DNA of 64,000 nucleotides from assembly GCA_003707115.1 (NCBI GenBank), contig PPNB01000001.1:62001-126000 (forward strand). Direction: 5' to 3'. Positions 55,528 through 64,000 of the stretch are shown one piece after another; within the stretch, counting starts at the first letter, position 1; the number at the start of each line of letters is the position of its first letter. Under the pieces are notes generated by a model that saw nothing but the letters and a program-made list of their open reading frames with translations, ran no database searches and was not told the origin of the DNA. The position numbers and the translations under genes are program-made. The DNA comes from Tortispora ganteri. Its lineage: Eukaryota.

Positions 55528-55585
55528 TACCCTAATCCTTTAGAATCTAATACCCTAAAAGGTTGCTAAGTGAATACCAGTCACG
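55528..55585 (+). promoter_or_regulatory. Ribosomal-protein promoter motifs: two TACCCTAA (Tbf1/Homol-E-like) and CAGTCACG (Homol-D-like)
   Basis: ACCCTAA at 55529 and 55552; CAGTCACG 55578-55585, 80 nt before the RPS25 ATG. Confidence 0.55.
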
Positions 55586-55664
55586 TTGGGAGGCGAGCTT
55601 TGGGACTCATACACCTATTATACTATCCTGCTCAATCACTGTTTCCCTCAGACAACAATTCAGT

Positions 55665-55988
55665 ATGGCCAAAGCCCCACAAACAACAAAGGCTGCCAAG
55701 TTAGCCGCTGCCCAGAGCTCCTCCAAGAAGAGCAAGAAGAAATGGTCCAAAGGAAAAGTTAAGGACAAAGCGCAACATACTCCTCTTCTTGACCAGACTC
55801 TTTACGATCGTCTTATCAAGGATGCCAGCACCTCTAAATTGGTTACTGTCTCTGTACTCGTCGATCGTCTTAAAATTAATGGTTCTCTTGCCCGTCGCGC
55901 CCTTCGTGATCTCGAGGCACAGGGAATCATTCGTCCTGTCATTAACCACAGCAAGCAACAGACCTACACTCGTGCTTCCGCTGAGTAG
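55665..55988 (+). CDS. RPS25: 40S ribosomal protein eS25
   Basis: [31 protein letters not shown]; intronless. Confidence 0.96.
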   Translation: MAKAPQTTKAAKLAAAQSSSKKSKKKWSKGKVKDKAQHTPLLDQTLYDRLIKDASTSKLVTVSVLVDRLKINGSLARRALRDLEAQGIIRPVINHSKQQTYTRASAE

Positions 55989-57510
55989 AGGTTTGTACCC
56001 ATTCTGATACTGGCTCTGCACGTCGGTTCTTTTTATCATCTACGGAATGAATGATCTCTTATGTTTTTTGTAATTTAACGGTGTAAAACTAAGTTAAATG
56101 CTGTAGAATTTCAGCCATGCGCGCACAATTGGCTGAAAGCGCTCTGAGAGCAGGTCTCTGGCGGTGCCAGGCAGAAGAATCGTGATGCCTACAGCCTCAC
56201 TATAGCCTCAATATTAGCATTTTGAGGAAATTTCATATCTAAGCCACGTTTGTCTATGCACATGTGTGCTGCGGCGAGGAAGAATGCCCGGTGACATCGC
56301 TTTTTCAGTATATGACATGCAAGGCGATGCGTGATTGCACGCACGCAATTTAAGAGATTCAAACGATCGATAGTTACTTTTAGTTAATTATATAAACTTT
56401 GCGATTCAATTGCAGTTCTCATAACCAAAGCAGTCCTAGTATAACAAAAACTGCGCGTGCTCTTACGCGATGCTACAAGACTACCGTAACCACGTAAATG
56501 GAGGTTCGCCTACCCATTAAAGTTCATGCACATTCCAGTAGAGGAAACGGTTTTTTTTAATTTAAACGTCGAGGGGATGTTAATAGTTAAACAAAAAGAC
56601 AGTTACTGCATTCCAGAGAGAACTTACGCAGAAACCCCTGGCACTAAAGTTCAGGTTCATTTATTGCGTACACCGAAACACTCTTTCTGCAATGTTATGG
56701 ATACACATTAGATACAATAAATGTCTATTGGCTTATAAAACAAAATAATAGTCTAGAGGAGTGCGTAACACAGAATTTTTTGCAATTCTGAAAGACACGA
56801 TGGAGCTACATATAGGAGAAAACTTCTAAGGGTGCCACCCCCTTTGTGCGTCGCGCTCTGTATTAAAGTTATGTCTAATCTTTTAAAGGTGATAATTGCT
56901 GGTGGCTATTGGCTGACACGAGACGCGAACCAGAATCTTAATTTCAATTTATCTATTTCAGGAAACTTGATTGCCTGGTTTAGCCAGTATAGACATTCAA
57001 AGGGATGATTTGCACGGGGAACACACGTAAAATTGCAAAATTTAAAGGGGTATTGATCTTCAAAGGCTCAATAAATAGCAGACGCAGCGTCCTTATCCCC
57101 TTTCTTTTTGTTTTCAGTCAGTCGCACATTACTTTTTGAAAATATTCTTCCTTTGACTCACTCATTCGTTCATTCCTTTTAGATAATTTGGTTACTCTCA
57201 ATTGTCGCAGTATTTTTCTGTATACGAGCGCCTTTGACTTCTATAGTTTTTTATTTTGTTTCGCTAGTATCCTACATTCATTTCAATTAACCGTGCCTGC
57301 CTTATACTCTACTCAGGCACCTTTTACTAAATTGCTGGTTTGTCGAATCTCTGTATCGCAATCCTCATTTATCTATTGGTCGTTTTTTTGATCCATATTA
57401 TCACTGCGAGTACTCTCAAGGATTTATAACGTGCGCACGTGATTTTGCGATCATAAAGACCATATTAACTACTTTCAACATACTCGAAAGGACGACCAAG
57501 AATAACAATC

Positions 57511-58605
57511 ATGGCTGCATTCCTCACGTTTATTGCTCTTCTTCCTCTACTCTTTTCTCTCGTCTCAGCTGTTGCTGTACCTGTAAGTCATGATATTGCA
57601 GAACTCGCATTAAGAAAAAGACAGTACAGCAACGACACAAGTGACGCTGTTTTGCCTGTATTGCAATCGTCTGTTGAAACTCTCGCAATCCCTTCTTTGA
57701 CTTCGGGCATTGAGGTAGACACTAATGCTGCCGCTGTGCAGACCTCGATTGCTGTCAATGTTGAAATATCTATTGGGGTTTTTATAACCGAGTACATCAA
57801 TATTTTGGTGCCTAAATTAGTTAATACCAAAGCTGTTCAACCTTCGCAGACACCCGTCACTACTGTCGTCACTGCTACTTGCAGCGGTGTCACTACAACT
57901 ACAACAGTTACTGTCTATGCTACAGTAGAATGCACTAAAGCTCCTACTGCTGCTGCTGCAAATGTACCTGCTACTACAACTAAGCATATTGCCACTCCTA
58001 CTGCTGGTGCTGGTGCAGCAACTGCTGTTGCCGAGTACGAAGTTGAAGGCACGACCACCATCTATCTGACATCAACAGTATTTGTTCCAGCAAAACAGGC
58101 CGCTGGAACAGCAGCAGCAGTTGCCGCAGTTGCAGGAACAACCGCCGCCGCTGCTAGCGTAACCGCCAGCCACGGCACCATTACAGAGTATGTCTACGTT
58201 ATCCCCACAGCTGTCACTACATGTGACGTCACCAAAGACGGAACTATTGGTCAAGAGGTCTCAACACTATACATGCAAATTGATGCAGCTTTAGCGGCCA
58301 CTATAGAAGGCTACACCTGGCTTGTCAGTGTCGAATCACCGGCTGCTACTATCTTCGAAGGGACTTCTACTACTACCGCTGTTGTTGCACCTTCGGAGTA
58401 TGCCGCAATTATAGCCTCTGAATCTGCAGCTGCACTGGCAATGATTAGTACCAATGTAACTGCTAACGCTACTTACACTTCAGCGAATTCAACCTATGTT
58501 GACGTTATGCTGTCAGCAACTAATAGCACAGCACCACTTAACGTGTCCTCCGTTACAGCGACAAGCCTAAGTACTTCTTACATTTCTACTTCTTTGTCCA
58601 TTTGA
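57511..58605 (+). CDS. Secreted Ala/Thr/Val-rich glycoprotein of unknown function
   Basis: Signal peptide, LRKR Kex2-like site, T/A-rich stretches, clustered N-glycosylation sequons. Confidence 0.8.
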   Translation: MAAFLTFIALLPLLFSLVSAVAVPVSHDIAELALRKRQYSNDTSDAVLPVLQSSVETLAIPSLTSGIEVDTNAAAVQTSIAVNVEISIGVFITEYINILVPKLVNTKAVQPSQTPVTTVVTATCSGVTTTTTVTVYATVECTKAPTAAAANVPATTTKHIATPTAGAGAATAVAEYEVEGTTTIYLTSTVFVPAKQAAGTAAAVAAVAGTTAAAASVTASHGTITEYVYVIPTAVTTCDVTKDGTIGQEVSTLYMQIDAALAATIEGYTWLVSVESPAATIFEGTSTTTAVVAPSEYAAIIASESAAALAMISTNVTANATYTSANSTYVDVMLSATNSTAPLNVSSVTATSLSTSYISTSLSI

Positions 58606-59032
58606 TTATTACCCAATGACAGGTAACTCTTTCAATGTCCCTTTATAACTCTTTTTACGTGGCCCTATTAGTGATATGATATTTTATCTTCATATAAAAT
58701 TAGGCAACTGTACCTGGGAAGAAGACCTCTTGTAACCCAATTCATATGCTGATAGGCAAAACAGAGAGTGATATTGCTACGCGATGGAGATATTGCACTC
58801 AGTAGAGAAGGCCTATTATAAAAATCTGTATACCACCCTATAAAGCTGCCTTTCTGCCTTTAGATGACCAGTAGAAGAATAAGGTTTGTCGCCTGTACGT
58901 TAGGTTCATATCGACCAATCACAGCCGAGCAGCGTTATGGCTAGTTCTGAAGCCATCTGGAACACGTCGCGGCGACCCTGTCTTTTAGAAACCAACAGCA
59001 CCAATAACAGCAGGAAACCAGACTAATAGAGA

Positions 59033-59791
59033 ATGGTTGTAGAGATTTCTAAACGCGAACAGCCTAAGACTATCGTATTGTTTGATGTTGACGGCACACT
59101 TACTCCTGCTCGGCTGACTATTGAGCCTGAAGTGAAGGAAACACTGCAAAAACTACGCGAGAAGGTCGTAATAGGATACGTAGGCGGCTCGGATTTTGCT
59201 AAGCAAGAGGAACAGCTCGGAAAAACGTTGCTAGATGATTTCGACTACTGTTTTAGCGAGAATGGACTTACAGCCTACAAGGCTGGAAAGAAGATGGCAT
59301 CTCAGAGTTTCATTGGATGGCTAGGACAGGAGAAGTACCAAGCGCTCGCTAAATTCATCTTGCGTTATATCGCTGACATCGAGCAACCTGTAATGACTGG
59401 AACATTTATCGAGTTCCGCAACGGTATGATCAACGTTAGTCCTGTAGGACGCAACGCGTCGGTTGAGCAGCGAAACGAGTTTGAAGCCTACGACAAGGTT
59501 CACAAAATTAGAGCCAAACTTGTAGAAGCATTGAAGGAGAAGTTCCCCGATTATGGACTGACTTACTCAATTGGAGGCCAGATTTCATTTGACGTGTTCC
59601 CTACCGGATGGGACAAGACTTATTGTTTGAGACATCTTGAGCCTGAAGGTTTCACACAAATTCATTTTTTCGGTGACAAGTGTTTCGAAGGAGGCAACGA
59701 CTGGGAAATCTATAATGATCCTAGGACGATTGGTCATTCTGTTAAATCACCTCAAGATACCGTAAGAATCCTGAAAGAGCTGTTTTTTTAG
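59033..59791 (+). CDS. SEC53: Phosphomannomutase
   Basis: [38 protein letters not shown]. Confidence 0.96.
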   Translation: MVVEISKREQPKTIVLFDVDGTLTPARLTIEPEVKETLQKLREKVVIGYVGGSDFAKQEEQLGKTLLDDFDYCFSENGLTAYKAGKKMASQSFIGWLGQEKYQALAKFILRYIADIEQPVMTGTFIEFRNGMINVSPVGRNASVEQRNEFEAYDKVHKIRAKLVEALKEKFPDYGLTYSIGGQISFDVFPTGWDKTYCLRHLEPEGFTQIHFFGDKCFEGGNDWEIYNDPRTIGHSVKSPQDTVRILKELFF

Positions 59792-60375
59792 GATATCAGC
59801 CTAATATACGCTAACACCAAAGCAGATGTACCAGTAAACACACCCACCAGCCACTGAATTACCTGAAACTTGATCGCATCCATCTGCGACCGCACATTAG
59901 CCAACTCTGTATCAATACGTGCATCTGCTTCTTTTAAACGCAACTCATGTACACCGCTTTCTTCGCGGATGCGGCCCTTTTCCAAATTGAGATCCAACTT
60001 CACGGATGCTTCTGTTCGGCTCACCTCTTCCTTATACTTCTGCTTGAGTTTGTCTAAATCGGCCAGCACAGCATCTAGATCTGCTTGTATACGGGAGAAC
60101 TCAGATCTATCAATTGCCTGAATTTCACCTTTCAGTTTAATTAAGTCGACTTTCTGCTGGTACGTTTGTCTGCTTTGCGCCTCTCGCCGCACTAAGACCG
60201 CTTCAGCGCTTGTAAGAGCCTCGTTTATTGTGTCCGAAAGGATCTCAGTCATGACCTTGGCTTGTGCATGTGTCAGTCCTTCTTCTTTGAGACGTTTCGA
60301 GACCTCACCGGTATTAAACCTGCTCAAATTTCGTGTCAAAGTCTTGCTCAAAGGTATTAATCTTGATCTCAGCAT
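59788..60375 (-). CDS. FMP32: Mitochondrial CCDC90/MCUR1-family protein
   Basis: Presequence, [22 protein letters not shown]-terminal QWLVGV TM. Confidence 0.85.
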   Translation of the reverse strand: MLRSRLIPLSKTLTRNLSRFNTGEVSKRLKEEGLTHAQAKVMTEILSDTINEALTSAEAVLVRREAQSRQTYQQKVDLIKLKGEIQAIDRSEFSRIQADLDAVLADLDKLKQKYKEEVSRTEASVKLDLNLEKGRIREESGVHELRLKEADARIDTELANVRSQMDAIKFQVIQWLVGVFTGTSALVLAYIRLIS

Positions 60376-60410
60376 GTCGAGCCGAAAGTTAAAGTTCGAT
60401 ACAACCTATC

Positions 60411-60716
60411 ATGGTCCGACGAAGTGGGTTGCAAAGAGACGGTAAGTGATATATTCCGACCTTATCAGCTGACAATCACCTATATACCGTTTAGTATGCT
60501 AACTGTACAGTCATAATGCTTTATCGCAAGTGTTTGCGGGCTGTACGAACGAAGCCAGAAGACACTCGTGCGCATTGGAGACTTTTCATCCGAGGGCAAT
60601 TCGATGCATACGCTCACGTAGAGAAGCGAGACTTCTCAACTATTGAATATCTATTACGGAAAGGGAACAGAATGTACGATACATATTCTGCAAAAGGTGT
60701 TCGAGATATACATTGA
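60411..60716 (+). CDS. SDH6: LYR-motif SDH assembly factor 1; exons 60411-60441 and 60511-60716
   Basis: Intron 60442-60510 (GTAAGT..GCTAAC..CAG) gives MVRRSGLQRDVIMLYR; DFSTIEYLLRKG. Confidence 0.9.
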
Positions 60717-60751
60717 TAAAACTAAGCGCACAGAGAGAAACGCAAACTAAT

Positions 60752-62169
<1,418 letters not shown>

Positions 62170-62603
62170 GATGTATCTTTAGTTCCTAGAGTTCTTGGTT
62201 AAGCGCGACTGCAGTCTGTGGAGGGGGAAGTTCGCTCGTCTAAGCCAAGGAGTGTGTCATTTGCCTCACTTCTTTGGGTGTATCCATAGTAACCATGGGT
62301 TCAAATTACCAATTTTATGAACGACTTCGATCCTAATTTGACCTGTTCAATGTCGCTAATATTCTTTGACTCAACATACAACCCTTGTATTGATAATGAA
62401 AAATCTATTTCTACGCGAAAAGATATGAAGCAAAATAAACAAATATAAGAAAGAGTACACCCACCATTCTAAACTATCAGCACTTGCTGCCAAAGTTCGT
62501 TAGAACGCATAAACAGGCCAGCAAATGCTAAAATGACCGAACGCAATTCAACAACGTCACTTAACGCATATTTCGTGGTATCAGGATATAAAAATATTTC
62601 TCT

Positions 62604-64000
62604 TTAACACCAGAAATGATATGTACGAACCAAGAAGTTCTTTCTTGCCAATTCTTCGCGCTCTATACGTAGCTCTTCCTGAAGAGCATCCAAATCCAGC
62701 TCCCGCCGACCAGAGGTGAGATCGGCAGTGCTAGGCTTGACAAATTTGGTTCTAAACCATATCTTGTAGCACAAGTAGTAGAATATGACTACCGGTGCGG
62801 CAAGATATGACTGGAAGAATACTTCTGCGTCAGGAGCTTCACCTTGAGGCCACACTGATACCCAAAATGTAGCGATTAACACGAGAACATTGAAGATAAA
62901 TCCAATGTACGAGCCAATTACACCAGCTTGACTTGTGAAAGGGATCTCATCGAGAGTATGTCCCTGTTTCTTCCAAGCGATCCGGAAAAGAACATGGCAT
63001 AAACAGATAGATCCCCAAGTGAAAATGGACGACAAACCGGACAAAGCAAGTAGCCAGGCAAAAATGTCACCTTCAGCTGGTGATGCAGCAACAAATCCTA
63101 AAAGACCAAAAATCAAAGTGGTGCAAACTGAAACAAGGGGACGGCCGTTGCGATCAATGTAAGAGAAGATTTTAGGAGCCATGTTTTGTTGTGCCAATGC
63201 ACAGAGGGTACGCGAGCAGCCATAAATTGATGAATTGCCGACAGACAACACAGCAATCAAAATGACAGCGTTGATTATGGAGGGGAGGACGTTGATTTGC
63301 GCATTAACAACAGCAATAACAAATGGAGATGCTTTGGCGTCTACAGACGAGTCACCAATGAGTCTTGGGTCAGTGTATGGTACTAGAAGACCAACAATCG
63401 TGAGCGCAACAATATAAAACAAGGTAATACGCCAGAACACTTGCTTGGCAGCCTTTGGCAATGTTTTACGAGGGTTGGCGGTTTCAGCAGCTGCAAGACC
63501 GACTAATTCAGTTCCAGCAAAGGAGAACGCTGCAGTTACGAAAACGCTGCAGAGACCTTTGAATCCATGGTTGAATGCGCCGGGATCTTGCCAGTAAGTT
63601 CCACCTATATATCCACCAACAGGTCCACCTCCGCAAATAATAATGATGCCGAGAATGATAAAACCAACCACTGCAATGACCTTAATTAGGGAGAAAATAA
63701 ATTCGGCTTCACCATAGCCCTTTACGCCAAAGAAATTTATAAACACAATACAGACCCAAAATATCGCGACAAAAGCGGCTGGAGATATCGATGTTGTCCA
63801 ATATTGCACTGTGATTGAGGCTGCAACAAGTTCAAGAGGAAAAACAACAAGCCATTGCATAGCATAATTCCAACCCATGGCGAAACCCCACGCAGGGTCA
63901 ATGAATCGAGTGGAGTATACTGAGAAAGCACCAGACACAGGGAAAAGCACTGCTAACTCACCAAGAGCGTGGACAGTGCAGTACAACATGATACCAATGA
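62604..64000 (-). CDS. General amino-acid permease (YAT family), 5' end outside the window
   Basis: GYGEAEF, FVTAAFSFAGTELVGLAAAE, KQVFWRI, C-terminal FWC; GAP1-like. Confidence 0.92.
   Translation of the reverse strand, partial: IGIMLYCTVHALGELAVLFPVSGAFSVYSTRFIDPAWGFAMGWNYAMQWLVVFPLELVAASITVQYWTTSISPAAFVAIFWVCIVFINFFGVKGYGEAEFIFSLIKVIAVVGFIILGIIIICGGGPVGGYIGGTYWQDPGAFNHGFKGLCSVFVTAAFSFAGTELVGLAAAETANPRKTLPKAAKQVFWRITLFYIVALTIVGLLVPYTDPRLIGDSSVDAKASPFVIAVVNAQINVLPSIINAVILIAVLSVGNSSIYGCSRTLCALAQQNMAPKIFSYIDRNGRPLVSVCTTLIFGLLGFVAASPAEGDIFAWLLALSGLSSIFTWGSICLCHVLFRIAWKKQGHTLDEIPFTSQAGVIGSYIGFIFNVLVLIATFWVSVWPQGEAPDAEVFFQSYLAAPVVIFYYLCYKIWFRTKFVKPSTADLTSGRRELDLDALQEELRIEREELARKNFLVRTYHFWC

Overview
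Gene-dense, intron-poor fungal chromosome segment. Gene content and short GT..CTAAC..AG introns suggest an early-diverging budding yeast (inference). CTG sits at conserved Leu positions, e.g. ISWI NWLVSLH, so the standard code applies. About 43 protein-coding genes are present, mostly housekeeping: eIF2A, AMSH, OTU1, BUD20, FMP25, mARC/MOSC, MRPL32, SKI8, SMC3, CSC1, AP-2 mu, LSC1, coronin, ISWI, Iec3, SPS2/ECM33, POF1, MYG1, QCR7, CAR2, CDC6, PUS7, TAF4, PIS1, LAMMER kinase, MoaA/MoaC, RPS25, SEC53, FMP32, SDH6, RIB4, PRE4 and a GAP1-like permease. I reconstructed eight short 5' introns by hand that the ORF track misses. Most notable: (1) divergent POF1/MYG1 genes whose first ATGs interlock in one CATG; (2) a moaA-moaC tandem 49 nt apart with no obvious fusing intron (candidate bicistronic Moco operon) under a promoter with repeated GCAAC motifs; (3) a double-length LSC1 intron with internal splice sites (poison exon or alternative start); (4) three deubiquitinase families within 4.6 kb; (5) an Smc3 with RK instead of KK at the acetylation site; (6) a C45/IAT-like hydrolase, a possible tRNA relic and a possible lipase pseudogene. 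No mobile elements, CRISPR, rRNA or intact tRNA seen. All family assignments are from motif recognition, not database searches.
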